The position numbers were made by a program, and so were the translations under genes. Under the pieces are notes generated by a model, which saw only the letters and a program-made list of their open reading frames with translations, was not told the origin of the DNA and searched no databases. A stretch of DNA of 64,000 nt from Escherichia phage vB_EcoM_P8, in sequence record PV390659.2; one strand, written 5' to 3'. How positions within the stretch are numbered: position 1 is the first letter of the stretch; each line of letters starts with the position of its first letter. Of this stretch, positions 50,493 to 60,464 are shown piece after piece.

Positions 50493-51431
50493 ATGTACAA
50501 TATTAAATGCCTGACCAAAAACGAACAAGCTGAAATTGTTAAATTGTATTCAAGTGGTAATTATACCCAACAGGAATTGGCTGATTGGCAAGGTGTATCG
50601 GTTGACACAATCCGTCGTGTTTTGAAAAATGCTGAAGAAGCTGAGCGCTCCAAAGTTACCATTAGCGGTGACATTACAGTTACAGTTAAGAGCGATGCAG
50701 CTATTGCTCCAGTTGCTAAATCTGACATTATTTGGAATGCATCTAAAAAATTCATTTCAATTACTGTTGACGGTGTAACTTATAACGCAACTCCTAATAC
50801 TCATTCAAACTTCCAAGAAATTCTTAATCTGCTTGTTGCAGATAAATTGGAAGAAGCAGCGCAAAAAATTAACGTTCGTCGCGCTGTTGAAAAATATATT
50901 TCCGGTGATGTTCGAATTGAAGGTGGAAGCTTGTTCTATCAAAATATTGAATTGCGATCTGGTTTAGTTGATCGTATTCTTGATTCGATGGAAAAAGGCG
51001 AAAACTTTGAATTTTATTTTCCGTTCTTGGAAAATCTGCTGGAAAACCCAAGCCAAAAAGCAGTATCTCGACTCTTTGATTTTTTGGTAGCAAACGATAT
51101 TGAAATTACAGAAGACGGTTACTTCTATGCTTGGAAAGTAGTTCGCAGTAATTACTTTGACTGTCATTCAAATACTTTTGATAACAGTCCTGGCGAAGTA
51201 GTTAAAATGCCACGTACTCGTGTGAATGACGATGATACACAAACTTGTTCTCGTGGTCTGCATGTGTGTTCTAAATCTTATATTCGTCACTTTGGCAGTT
51301 CAACCAGCCGAGTTGTAAAAGTTAAAGTACATCCTCGCGATGTAGTATCAATTCCGATTGATTACAACGATGCTAAAATGCGTACCTGCCAATACGAAGT
51401 AGTTGAAGACGTTACTGAACAATTTAAATAA
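50493..51431 (+). CDS. rIIB: rIIB protein
   Basis: 312 aa, follows rIIA. Confidence 0.9.
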   Translation: MYNIKCLTKNEQAEIVKLYSSGNYTQQELADWQGVSVDTIRRVLKNAEEAERSKVTISGDITVTVKSDAAIAPVAKSDIIWNASKKFISITVDGVTYNATPNTHSNFQEILNLLVADKLEEAAQKINVRRAVEKYISGDVRIEGGSLFYQNIELRSGLVDRILDSMEKGENFEFYFPFLENLLENPSQKAVSRLFDFLVANDIEITEDGYFYAWKVVRSNYFDCHSNTFDNSPGEVVKMPRTRVNDDDTQTCSRGLHVCSKSYIRHFGSSTSRVVKVKVHPRDVVSIPIDYNDAKMRTCQYEVVEDVTEQFK

Positions 51432-51445
51432 GGGCTTCGGCCCTT
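51431..51445 (+). terminator. hairpin AGGGC-UUCG-GCCCU after rIIB
   Basis: perfect stem with UUCG loop; no long T run. Confidence 0.5.
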
Positions 51446-51459
51446 AACTAAGGAAAATT

Positions 51460-51654
51460 ATGTTAGGTTATCAAGCACGAGTAAAAGAAGAATACGATCA
51501 ATTAATGCTCAAAATTAATGCACTGAGCAAATTTTTAGAAAGCACAAAGTTTCTAACGATTAATGAAGTTGAACAAGAATTACTGCTTTCACAGTTCATC
51601 TCAATGAAATCTTACGCAGATTGTTTAGAAAAAAGAATTGCACAATTCAAATAA
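51460..51654 (+). CDS. hypothetical protein (64 aa)
   Basis: ORF bracketed by two hairpins. Confidence 0.45.
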   Translation: MLGYQARVKEEYDQLMLKINALSKFLESTKFLTINEVEQELLLSQFISMKSYADCLEKRIAQFK

Positions 51655-51692
51655 AATAAGGTGCTTCGGCCCTTTTGTTTTAAGGAAAAAAT

Positions 51693-52022
51693 ATGATTTA
51701 TTGTATGAATATCGGTGATTCCGACATAAAAGAGATTAAACTGCACGGAAATCATCACGCTAATATTGTGTACTGCAATAAATTTGAGTTTGGTCACGAA
51801 AAACTTGGGTTTCTTTACTGTAATGATGTTATAGTCATGGATAAAAAGGAACTCGATGATCTCGACCATGAGTCTTTAGATGAAAATGATCGAATTTATT
51901 ATGGCACTCTTAAAATATATAACGCTTATCTCAGCGGTAAAAAGGAAAGTCTAAATGCAGAAAACGAATCCGGGTTTACAGAGACTATTTCAGATTCCGA
52001 CATTTACCCTATCGAACAATGA
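51693..52022 (+). CDS. hypothetical protein
   Basis: 109-aa ORF; 3' end overlaps next ORF by 68 nt, so one of the two starts may be wrong. Confidence 0.35.
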   Translation: MIYCMNIGDSDIKEIKLHGNHHANIVYCNKFEFGHEKLGFLYCNDVIVMDKKELDDLDHESLDENDRIYYGTLKIYNAYLSGKKESLNAENESGFTETISDSDIYPIEQ

Positions 52023-52512
52023 TTTGACTAGTGAAATGAAGGTCAAAATTGCTGATACAGCAAGATACTCTTTAAAACAAAATCCAAATCAGGATAAAGC
52101 AGAAGTTATCGAAAGATGCCGTATCGCGGTGTACGCAGAGTTTTTTGTAGCAGATTGGTTAAGCGGGTATGTTAACAAAGGCCAAGAGGATGTTAATGAC
52201 CCGTATACATACGCATGGGATGTATTGGCGCATCCAAGATATTGCGGGCTTCGTGTAGAAGTTAAGACACACCAAACTGACTCACGTTGGATTTCGGTAA
52301 CAACCGGATGCAGCGGAGAGTATCCATACGGTTCTGGAATAAATCTAGGGCCCATTCTGAATCATCAAGTCGCTGACTGTATAATTATATTCAACGCTAA
52401 AGAAATTCATCCAGGTGTCATCCAGTACACTCCGAAGTTCATCGGTGATAGAGAAGACCTTCGTAAGGTTGTAAGAAAAAGCAACTACAACGGATGGTAT
52501 CTTTCCATTTAA
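51955..52512 (+). CDS. denB: probable endonuclease IV DenB
   Basis: 185 aa, length and position match T4 denB; sequence not independently recognised. Confidence 0.55.
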   Translation: MQKTNPGLQRLFQIPTFTLSNNDLTSEMKVKIADTARYSLKQNPNQDKAEVIERCRIAVYAEFFVADWLSGYVNKGQEDVNDPYTYAWDVLAHPRYCGLRVEVKTHQTDSRWISVTTGCSGEYPYGSGINLGPILNHQVADCIIIFNAKEIHPGVIQYTPKFIGDREDLRKVVRKSNYNGWYLSI

Positions 52513-52528
52513 AAATTTTCACAAAACG

Positions 52529-52558
52529 GTTTACATACCACAAGGACTGTGGTACTAT
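52529..52558 (+). promoter_or_regulatory. T4-type early promoter (cassette family)
   Basis: gtttac 52529-52534, tactat 52553-52558. Confidence 0.6.
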
Positions 52559-52585
52559 ACAACTATCAGCTACGGAGGAGTAAAA

Positions 52586-52849
52586 ATGAAATTTAAATTT
52601 TATTACGCTAAACATAAAATAACTGATGAGTTTGTGTCAGTTGAATATTCTAGCGATGATGAAGGTATGATTTATACTCGCTTAGGGTTATCGCGCTGGG
52701 AGTCTGATACGCCTTATTTTTCAACTCCCGAAGAAATTACACGTTTAGTTAATGGTCATATGAATGACCACTGGGATGTAATTCTTTCAGATAGTCTTAA
52801 AGCAGCTATTAATAGTAATGAAATGAAAATCGCTGAGATTGAACTATGA
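52586..52849 (+). CDS. hypothetical protein
   Basis: 87-aa ORF after GGAGGAG RBS. Confidence 0.45.
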   Translation: MKFKFYYAKHKITDEFVSVEYSSDDEGMIYTRLGLSRWESDTPYFSTPEEITRLVNGHMNDHWDVILSDSLKAAINSNEMKIAEIEL

Positions 52850-53044
52850 GTTCATTATGGTGGTGTTTTGTTTGGTTAATTAGTATTCCATTAATTTGTT
52901 TAACATTTACTTTTGTGATGAGGTTATTATGAAAATTTTGAATTCTGTACTTATTGCTTGTGCGTGGTGGGTTGCACAAGTTTCGGCAGTAGTGATTGGT
53001 ATTCACATTTATTACGAATATTTTTAAAAAAGTTGTTTACAAGA

Positions 53045-53074
53045 CTGTTCCTCTGTGGTATTATTACCCTATCA
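53045..53074 (+). promoter_or_regulatory. T4-type early promoter (cassette family)
   Basis: gtttac 53045-53050, tattat 53069-53074. Confidence 0.6.
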
Positions 53075-53213
53075 ACTACGGAGGAACAGAAAATGAAAAA
53101 GATTGTTAAAGCTATATGGAATGTAGTTATAATACTAGTAGTTTTGAGTATATTCCCAATCGTTTTAATGATTGATGTATTAAACGCTTACTTTGGATTT
53201 ATGTGAGGAAAAT

Positions 53214-53411
53214 ATGAAGCGTAAACGTAGTGCTTTTACATTTATGGAATGGTTTTTCGATAATATTTTTCCAGCTTTATTCATTTTCATGCTGATTTTC
53301 GCCTTGGGTTCAGTTGTGGTTGGAATCTATTTGATGGCGGTTGTCGGAATGGACATTCATCAAAATGGCTTAAAATCTGTGGTTGAAACAATTTGGAATG
53401 GTGTAAAATGA
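53214..53411 (+). CDS. small membrane protein
   Basis: 65-aa ORF after GAGGA RBS. Confidence 0.4.
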   Translation: MKRKRSAFTFMEWFFDNIFPALFIFMLIFALGSVVVGIYLMAVVGMDIHQNGLKSVVETIWNGVK

Positions 53412-53526
53412 TGAATTTGCTGAGTGGTTGGTTTTATATTCTTATGTTTTACATTGGTGCAAATTTCCCATACTGGATGGGATGGTCAACAACTGCGTTT
53501 GGATTTTATACTCCTTGAGGTGAATT

Positions 53527-53742
53527 ATGAAAATTTTTAAAGATGTAAAGGTCGGTGAAATTTTCTGTTTAGATAATGGTGATCAGTTAATTCGTATTTC
53601 ACCTCTTAAAAGCACTAGCGAGAAAATGACAGTTAACGCTACTTTAGCAAATAACAGTAATGAACGTTTCTGTATTGAAAATGATACTGAAACTTATACC
53701 GTAGAAGAGTTCTGGGAATTGAGCGTCGACTGCGACGATTAA
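53527..53742 (+). CDS. hypothetical protein
   Basis: 71-aa ORF. Confidence 0.45.
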   Translation: MKIFKDVKVGEIFCLDNGDQLIRISPLKSTSEKMTVNATLANNSNERFCIENDTETYTVEEFWELSVDCDD

Positions 53743-53801
53743 TTTATCGGCCGTGTGTATTCATGCGGCCTTGGAGTAGAAAATAATTAGAGGAAAATAA
53801 C

Positions 53802-54257
53802 ATGAAATATATGACTGTTACTGATTTGAATAATGCAGGCGCAACTGTTATTGGTACAATCAAGGGCGGTGAATGGGTTTTTGGAACTCCACATAAAGAC
53901 ATTTTGTCTAACCCTGGATTTTACTTTTTAGTAAGCAAATTTGGTGGTCCATTTGATAGTCCGTGTGTATCTGCGCGATTTTATGTAGGTAATCAGCGTT
54001 CTAAGCAAGGATTCAGTGCAGTTCTAAGTCATATTCGCCAGCGTCGATCTCAGCTTGCGCGTACTATTGCAAATAACAATGTTCCATACACGGTATTTTA
54101 TCTACCTGCTTCTAAGATGAAACCTCTGACGACGGGATTTGGAAAAGGTCAGTTAGCTTTAGCGTTTACTCGTAATCATCATTCTGAGTATCAAACGCTT
54201 GAAGAAATGAATCGTCTGTTGGCTGATAACTTTAAATTTGTTTTGCAGGCATACTAA
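53802..54257 (+). CDS. ndd: nucleoid disruption protein Ndd
   Basis: 151 aa, matches remembered T4 Ndd. Confidence 0.75.
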
Positions 54258-54337
54258 TGAGTAATTTCCATAACGAACATGTAATGCAGTTCTATCGTAA
54301 CAATCTTAAAACTAAAGGCGTCTTCGGACGCCAGTGA
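54257..54337 (+). CDS. stp: Stp peptide (26 aa), activator of host PrrC anticodon nuclease
   Basis: [26 protein letters not shown]; 3' end contains GGCGUC-UUCG-GACGCC hairpin. Confidence 0.75.
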
Positions 54338-54344
54338 GGAAAAT

Positions 54345-54500
54345 ATGAATATTGCAAAACTATTAGGAGTTATTTCATTTATTTGTTGGATAGTAGCATG
54401 TGTTTTAACTATCTGTATCGATGCTAGCAGTGTGTTTTCACAAGCTTTAGCTCAGGGTATGTGTGCATATTTAACATTTGTGTTGTTATCTACCAATGAT
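54345..54500 (+). CDS. ac: small membrane protein, probable Ac
   Basis: 51-aa hydrophobic ORF between stp and 52. Confidence 0.5.
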
Positions 54501-54636
54501 TAAGAAAATCTTGGGCTATTCATTAGCCCTTGCTACTTTATTGGTAGCACTATATTATGGAGTAATGTTCGGATTAATTCAAGTCGTGCTTTTCATTTCT
54601 GATGTTATTATGGCACTACATTCACTAGTATGGTAA
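54496..54636 (+). CDS. small membrane protein (46 aa)
   Basis: ATGATTAA overlap. Confidence 0.35.
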   Translation: MIKKILGYSLALATLLVALYYGVMFGLIQVVLFISDVIMALHSLVW

Positions 54637-54640
54637 ATTT

Positions 54641-55969
54641 ATGCAACTGAATAATCGCGATTTAAAAAGTATCATTGATAATGAAGCATTGGCTTATGCT
54701 ATGTACACGGTTGAAAATCGTGCTATTCCAAATATGATTGATGGATTTAAGCCAGTTCAACGGTTTGTTATTGCTCGAGCCCTTGATTTAGCACGAGGAA
54801 ATAAAGATAAGTTTCACAAACTTGCTTCTATTGCAGGTGGTGTAGCTGACCTCGGATATCATCATGGTGAAAACTCTGCACAAGATGCGGGGGCTTTGAT
54901 GGCTAACACTTGGAATAATAACTTTCCTTTGTTAGATGGTCAAGGAAACTTTGGTTCTCGTACCGTTCAAAAAGCAGCGGCAAGTCGTTATATTTTTGCT
55001 CGTGTAAGTAAAAATTTCTATAGCGTATATAAAGATACTGAATATGCTCCGGTACATCAAGATAAAGAACACATTCCGCCTGCTTTCTATTTGCCTATTA
55101 TTCCTACTGTTCTTCTTAATGGTGTTTCCGGTATTGCAACTGGTTATGCAACTTACATTCTTCCTCATAGTGTTTCTTCTGTCAAGAAAGCTGTACTACA
55201 AGCTCTTCAAGGAAAGAAAGTAACTAAACCGAAGGTAGAATTCCCAGAATTTCGTGGTGAAGTCGTTGAAATTGACGGTCAATATGAAATTCGTGGAACG
55301 TACAAGTTTACTTCACGAACTCAAATGCATATCACTGAGATTCCGTATAAGTATGATCGTGAAACTTATGTGAGTAAAATCTTAGACCCGCTTGAAGATA
55401 AAGGCTTCATTACGTGGGATGATGCTTGTGGTGAGCATGGTTTTGGCTTTAAAATTAAATTCCGCAAAGAATACTCTTTGAGCAATAACGAAGAAGAACG
55501 CCATGCAAAAATTATGAAAGACTTTGGGTTGATTGAGCGTCGTTCCCAAAATATTACAGTCATCAACGAGAAAGGAAAGCTACAAGTTTACGATAACGTA
55601 GTTGATTTAATCAAAGACTTCGTTGAAGTTCGTAAAACTTATGTCCAAAAACGAATTGATAACAAAATCAAAGAAACTGAATCAGCATTTCGTTTAGCCT
55701 TTGCCAAGGCACATTTCATTAAGAAAGTAATTTCAGGTGAAATTGTTGTGCAAGGTAAAACTCGCAAAGAACTGACCGAAGAACTTTCTAAAATTGATAT
55801 GTATTCTTCTTATGTTGATAAACTAGTTGGAATGAATATTTTTCATATGACTTCCGACGAAGCAAAGAAACTTGCTGAAGAAGCTAAAGCTAAAAAAGAA
55901 GAAAACGAATATTGGAAAACTACTGATGTAGTTACAGAATACACCAAAGATTTAGAGGAAATCAAATGA
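54641..55969 (+). CDS. 52: topoisomerase II medium subunit gp52 (GyrA-like)
   Basis: 442 aa, length and GyrA-like N-terminus. Confidence 0.9.
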   Translation: MQLNNRDLKSIIDNEALAYAMYTVENRAIPNMIDGFKPVQRFVIARALDLARGNKDKFHKLASIAGGVADLGYHHGENSAQDAGALMANTWNNNFPLLDGQGNFGSRTVQKAAASRYIFARVSKNFYSVYKDTEYAPVHQDKEHIPPAFYLPIIPTVLLNGVSGIATGYATYILPHSVSSVKKAVLQALQGKKVTKPKVEFPEFRGEVVEIDGQYEIRGTYKFTSRTQMHITEIPYKYDRETYVSKILDPLEDKGFITWDDACGEHGFGFKIKFRKEYSLSNNEEERHAKIMKDFGLIERRSQNITVINEKGKLQVYDNVVDLIKDFVEVRKTYVQKRIDNKIKETESAFRLAFAKAHFIKKVISGEIVVQGKTRKELTEELSKIDMYSSYVDKLVGMNIFHMTSDEAKKLAEEAKAKKEENEYWKTTDVVTEYTKDLEEIK

Positions 55970-56115
55970 GTCCATTCATAGGTATTACAAGCGCGGCATT
56001 AGTATCTGGTAGCATTTTACTGGCGGGTTTAGGTGTTGTTCCAGCCGTAGCAGGAGGTCTTCTTGCGTTCGGCATTCAACGTGTTATCATGACAGTTATC
56101 ACAGTCATGCAGTAA
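55966..56115 (+). CDS. small membrane protein (49 aa)
   Basis: ATGA overlap with gene 52 stop; glycine/alanine-rich hydrophobic. Confidence 0.35.
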   Translation: MSPFIGITSAALVSGSILLAGLGVVPAVAGGLLAFGIQRVIMTVITVMQ

Positions 56116-56120
56116 TTTTA

Positions 56121-56145
56121 GGGAGAGCCTCGGCTCTCCCTTTTT
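56121..56145 (+). terminator. intrinsic terminator (GGGAGAG stem + T5)
   Basis: stem gggagag/ctctccc followed by TTTTT. Confidence 0.7.
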
Positions 56146-56170
56146 ATTTTAAAATTTTTTTCACAAAACG

Positions 56171-56200
56171 GTTTACAACCAAAGCATACTGTGGTACTAT
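56171..56200 (+). promoter_or_regulatory. T4-type early promoter (cassette family)
   Basis: gtttac 56171-56176, tactat 56195-56200. Confidence 0.6.
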
Positions 56201-56241
56201 ACAACTATCAACTACTGATACAGAATTACGGAGATTAGAAA

Positions 56242-56877
56242 ATGTCTAAAGTAACTTACATCATCAAAGCTTCTAACGATGTTCTGAATGAAAAAACTGC
56301 TGCGATTTTAATTACCATTGCTAAGAAAGATTTCATTACAGCTGCAGAAGTTCGTGAGGTGCATCCAGATTTAGGTAATGCAGTAGTTAATAGTAATATT
56401 GGGGTATTGATTAAAAAAGGCCTGGTAGAGAAATCGGGTGATGGATTAATCATTACTGGTGAAGCTCAGGATATTATTTCAAATGCAGCAACTTTATACG
56501 CACAGGAAAATGCTCCGGAACTGCTGAAAAAACGAGCAACTCGTAAAGCTCGCGAGATTACTTCTGATATGGAAGAAGATAAAGACTTCATGCTAAAACT
56601 TTTAGATGAAAATGGATTTGTTCTTAAAAAGGTTGAAACTTATCGTAGTAACTATCTTGCTATTTTAGAAAAACGCACCCACGGAATTCGTAATTTTGAA
56701 ATTAATAACAATGGAAATATGCGAATTTTTGGATACAAAATGATGGAACATCATATTCAGAAATTTACTGACATTGGTATGTCATGTAAAATCGCTAAAA
56801 ACGGTAATGTGTATCTTGACATTAAACGCTCAGCAGAAAACATTGAAGCTGTAATCGCCGTAGCATCTGAACTGTGA
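56242..56877 (+). CDS. motA: middle transcription activator MotA
   Basis: 211 aa, matches remembered T4 MotA. Confidence 0.9.
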   Translation: MSKVTYIIKASNDVLNEKTAAILITIAKKDFITAAEVREVHPDLGNAVVNSNIGVLIKKGLVEKSGDGLIITGEAQDIISNAATLYAQENAPELLKKRATRKAREITSDMEEDKDFMLKLLDENGFVLKKVETYRSNYLAILEKRTHGIRNFEINNNGNMRIFGYKMMEHHIQKFTDIGMSCKIAKNGNVYLDIKRSAENIEAVIAVASEL

Positions 56878-56887
56878 GGAATAAATA

Positions 56888-57217
56888 ATGAACAAGTTAG
56901 AAATTATCAATGAACTTCGTCGTTGTGCAGAACCCACTCAAGAGGGGTGGGATATTTGGTACCATGGAGCTTATCTTGGAACCATCGTAAAGATTAAGAC
57001 TGGCAAATACATGATTATTCGTGAAAGTAAAGATGCTCCAGTAGGTATTCGCAATAATTTCATGGCAGCGATAAGTTCCTTTACAGATTCAGCTTACGAA
57101 ATTTACCTTGCTGATTATAAAGAATTCCAGGAATCTCAACCAGTTATTCGCTCAATTGGTGTTAACAAAGCTCAACAGAAAACTTTGTGGCAGCGTATTA
57201 AAGGATGGTTTAAATGA
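56888..57217 (+). CDS. hypothetical protein
   Basis: 109-aa ORF. Confidence 0.5.
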   Translation: MNKLEIINELRRCAEPTQEGWDIWYHGAYLGTIVKIKTGKYMIIRESKDAPVGIRNNFMAAISSFTDSAYEIYLADYKEFQESQPVIRSIGVNKAQQKTLWQRIKGWFK

Positions 57218-57675
57218 ATCCATTTATTAATCGTTTAAAAATGCTGAATGTTCCTTTATATCGTGAAACTCCAGAAAGTCTTGTTCAAAAATTTAAAGCG
57301 CATGGTTATAAATGCACAGAAGAAGATATTCTGAAAGAAGTTCCTGAAATCTGTTGGCAGACTGCGTACTGGGATGAAAACCAAAAGTATCAACGACGAA
57401 TTGTCTGTGCAGCTAATCGTTTTAAATTAAAAGATGGACGAACTCTTGTTATTCCAGGTGCTCGTCATTATTCTAAAGATATGGCAGAAGTTTTAGATGT
57501 AGTTAAACCTCAATTAGTTACTCAGCAAGTTTGTGATGATGACCAAGGGTTTATTGACCAATATAGTAATTATTGGACACGTGAAGAAGCAATGATTATT
57601 GCAACTTATGCTGGACAAGTGCGTATTGAACGTGGTGGTAGTGAAAAAGAACTTTACTCTGAGGACCTTTACTAA
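57214..57675 (+). CDS. hypothetical protein
   Basis: 153-aa ORF. Confidence 0.5.
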   Translation: MNPFINRLKMLNVPLYRETPESLVQKFKAHGYKCTEEDILKEVPEICWQTAYWDENQKYQRRIVCAANRFKLKDGRTLVIPGARHYSKDMAEVLDVVKPQLVTQQVCDDDQGFIDQYSNYWTREEAMIIATYAGQVRIERGGSEKELYSEDLY

Positions 57676-57971
57676 TGAATATTAAAAAGTTTCAAATTGA
57701 TGGAATTATGAATCAAATCCAGGCATTGGAATATGCCAATAAAATGATGTCAACTAATTGGGGAATTTATGCCAATGAACCGGGATTTAAGTTCTGTAAT
57801 ATGGAATTCACTAAAAAGCTCGTAGGAAAAGATTATGTATGTCCATTTAGTTCTCCAGTAAATGGAATGTTAAAACCTGCTTTACGCGATCTTTATATTG
57901 CGATGAACGAAGAAATGATAAAAGAACTAAAACGTCAACTGAAGGTGATTCAATTTGGCCAGGGAAATTAA
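57675..57971 (+). CDS. hypothetical protein
   Basis: 98-aa ORF. Confidence 0.5.
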   Translation: MNIKKFQIDGIMNQIQALEYANKMMSTNWGIYANEPGFKFCNMEFTKKLVGKDYVCPFSSPVNGMLKPALRDLYIAMNEEMIKELKRQLKVIQFGQGN

Positions 57972-58173
57972 TTCAAAATCCGATTATTTTAACTCTCTCA
58001 ATGATAAAGATAAAAATCTAATACGGCATTTTATTGTTGAGATGGGATATACTGACACACGTGATTTAAGAGAACATATATTTGAATGTGGTGTAGCTAA
58101 AAAGTTTTCATTCACATGCAAATGTTTAAGAGAGGTAATTCAGCACTATGAACAATTTAGTCGCAAAACATAA
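57955..58173 (+). CDS. hypothetical protein
   Basis: 72-aa ORF. Confidence 0.4.
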   Translation: MAREINSKSDYFNSLNDKDKNLIRHFIVEMGYTDTRDLREHIFECGVAKKFSFTCKCLREVIQHYEQFSRKT

Positions 58174-58256
58174 TTTTAATAAAGCTTCTGTCCATAAAGA
58201 TAAGAAGAAAGCGTTTAAAGAATCTAATCGCAAACAGAAACATAAGGGGAAGGTCT

Positions 58257-58535
58257 ATGATTATTGATTCTCAATCTGTGGTTCAATATACAATCAAAAT
58301 TGATATTCTAGAAAAGCTATATAAGCTTCTACCAAATTTATACCACTCAATTGTTAATGAATTAGTTGAAGAATTACATCTCGAGAATAATGATTTCTTG
58401 GTTGGAACTTATAAAGACCTCTCAAAAGCAGGATATTTTTACGTAATTCCAGCTCCAGGAAAAAGTATTGATGATGTATTAAAAACTATAATGATTTATG
58501 TCCATGATTACGAAATTGAAGATTATTTTGAATGA
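58257..58535 (+). CDS. arn: Arn, anti-restriction (McrBC inhibitor) protein
   Basis: 92 aa, acidic, position before asiA. Confidence 0.65.
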   Translation: MIIDSQSVVQYTIKIDILEKLYKLLPNLYHSIVNELVEELHLENNDFLVGTYKDLSKAGYFYVIPAPGKSIDDVLKTIMIYVHDYEIEDYFE

Positions 58536-58696
58536 GTCATAATCTTGAAATGGTAATCGAGCATAATGTAGCTCAGGAACGTAAGTCGTTCAAGGAATTC
58601 GTAGAAAAAATTTTTGAAGAAAATAACACAGACCAGTTTACAAATCAAGTGTCTGATGATATTATAATAAAGTCAACTAATTGAGTGGTATAGTTA

Positions 58697-58969
58697 ATGA
58701 ATAAAAACATTGATACAGTTCGTGAAATTATTACTGTTGCGTCTATTTTGATTAAATTTTCCAGAGAAGATATTGTTGAGAATCGTGCTAATTTTATCGC
58801 ATTTCTGAATGAGATTGGAGTAACGCATGAAGGTAGAAAGTTAAATCAGAATTCATTCCGTAAAATTGTTTCTGAATTAACCCAAGAAGATAAGAAAACC
58901 CTCATCGACGAATTCAACGAGGGTTTTGAGGGTGTATATCGATATCTAGAGATGTATACGAACAAATAA
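58697..58969 (+). CDS. asiA: anti-sigma70 factor AsiA
   Basis: 90 aa, matches remembered T4 AsiA. Confidence 0.9.
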   Translation: MNKNIDTVREIITVASILIKFSREDIVENRANFIAFLNEIGVTHEGRKLNQNSFRKIVSELTQEDKKTLIDEFNEGFEGVYRYLEMYTNK

Positions 58970-59626
58970 TTATTTAGCCCTTCCTAATATTCTGGCCGCC
59001 TGAGAACATATTGATTCAAGGCGGTCATTACTTATATGATCATTTCTATACCAGTACATGGTTATTGTTCCAGCATAGATATTATCCAAGTTAAAATATG
59101 GACAACTGTACATGTAATTTATTTCGGGAGTAGGCTTTTTAGTTGGTAAAAAAGCAAATTTTGAGTTGGAATAATAATGACGTCCATTTAAATGAACTGC
59201 ATATTCATCCATAGTTTTATCAACAGGATATCCTCCAAGTGATTTTTCGCTTATTGTTGAAGGTAATTTTCCTTCATATGCTATAATATCAACAAAATAG
59301 TTTAAGTTTTTAGGGCGGAAAGAATACACCGCACTAAAGTCTGCCTCAGATGATATGTGAACTATCTGGAGTTGTTCCAGGGCGACAGATTCAAAGCGTG
59401 CATTTCTTTCCTTTTCAATAATTTCACTGTATGTTTCATACTTTGATTGCTTATAGTACTCAAAGAAACTATCTCCCCTATACCAAACAATCGCCATTAT
59501 AAACAAAAGAATTACGACAGCTACCCGGGAAGCAAGAACTTTCCCGGTAGCGTTATCTTTGAACAAGCGATCTAGAACACCCAACAGAATATCAGAGGGC
59601 GAAAATGATATTCTAGGTGCTGCCAT
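58970..59626 (-). CDS. t: holin T
   Basis: 218 aa, single N-terminal TM, matches remembered T4 holin. Confidence 0.9.
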   Translation of the reverse strand: MAAPRISFSPSDILLGVLDRLFKDNATGKVLASRVAVVILLFIMAIVWYRGDSFFEYYKQSKYETYSEIIEKERNARFESVALEQLQIVHISSEADFSAVYSFRPKNLNYFVDIIAYEGKLPSTISEKSLGGYPVDKTMDEYAVHLNGRHYYSNSKFAFLPTKKPTPEINYMYSCPYFNLDNIYAGTITMYWYRNDHISNDRLESICSQAARILGRAK

Positions 59627-59656
59627 AGACCCTCCTTTTAAGGATATTTATTCAAA

Positions 59657-60433
59657 TTATACTCTTGGACCATATATTGCTCCAACGTTTTGCCACGTTG
59701 GCGTAGACCCTATGACGGCATAACCAGCAGCTCCGCCATCGTATTCATATCCTTGACCACGAATATTACATCTACCTCCTGCGGAGCCAACTTCACCACC
59801 AGACCCGCCGCTATAGATACCGTTCACAGACCCTGCGCCAGGCGCAGAAATAGTACCGGCAGTTGCTCCTGATTGCATATCAATAGATCCGCCCGGCGCG
59901 CCAAACGGACGACCGCCACCACCGCCAAATGTCAATCTCATTTGTGAAAAAGGAGAATAATATCCGCCACCGCCGCCGCCACCGCCGCCAGCAATAGCTC
60001 CGCCATTATTAATTCTTAGTCTCCCACCAATATCATTTTGAATACAATGACCTCCAGCTGAGCCAGGACTATTGCTACCGCCATTCCCGCCACGGCCATA
60101 CATCGTTACACCGTGTATATTCAGTTGAACATATTCATTTGGTGTATCTCCGTACATGAAGAATAAAGGAACATCTTTAGAATATGATACTAAATCTCCG
60201 GTGATATTAAACACTATAGGTGCACTACCTGCCTCAAAACATCTATCTCGGAACCATTGACCATTGAAGTTATGGTCTGCTCCAAGCGTGTGAATTATTT
60301 CAACAGATCGACCTATCATATTACTCATCCAAAACGGAATGCCCATTCTTAATCGTTGGGCCGCGCCACCCATCCAATTTTGTCCTGTATTAACTACTGC
60401 AGACGATCCTACCCACGGTCCTGTTACTGCCAT
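59657..60433 (-). CDS. 38: gp38 receptor-recognising tail fibre tip adhesin (T2-type, polyglycine-delimited segments)
   Basis: ORF track 59657..60445; ATG at 60433; runs [22 protein letters not shown]. Confidence 0.8.
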   Translation of the reverse strand: MAVTGPWVGSSAVVNTGQNWMGGAAQRLRMGIPFWMSNMIGRSVEIIHTLGADHNFNGQWFRDRCFEAGSAPIVFNITGDLVSYSKDVPLFFMYGDTPNEYVQLNIHGVTMYGRGGNGGSNSPGSAGGHCIQNDIGGRLRINNGGAIAGGGGGGGGGYYSPFSQMRLTFGGGGGRPFGAPGGSIDMQSGATAGTISAPGAGSVNGIYSGGSGGEVGSAGGRCNIRGQGYEYDGGAAGYAVIGSTPTWQNVGAIYGPRV

Positions 60434-60444
60434 ATAAACCCCCA

Positions 60445-60460
60445 AGGGGCCGAAGCCCCT
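60445..60460 (-). other. intergenic RNA hairpin (GGGGC-UUCG-GCCCC) between genes 37 and 38
   Basis: perfect stem and UUCG loop in the 31-nt 37-38 spacer; no T run. Confidence 0.45.
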
Positions 60461-60464
60461 CTTA

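Noticed and set aside
59627-59656. Late promoter for holin t (AATAAATA on the minus strand)
   Set aside because: One mismatch to the consensus and too close to the gene 38 stop to place confidently
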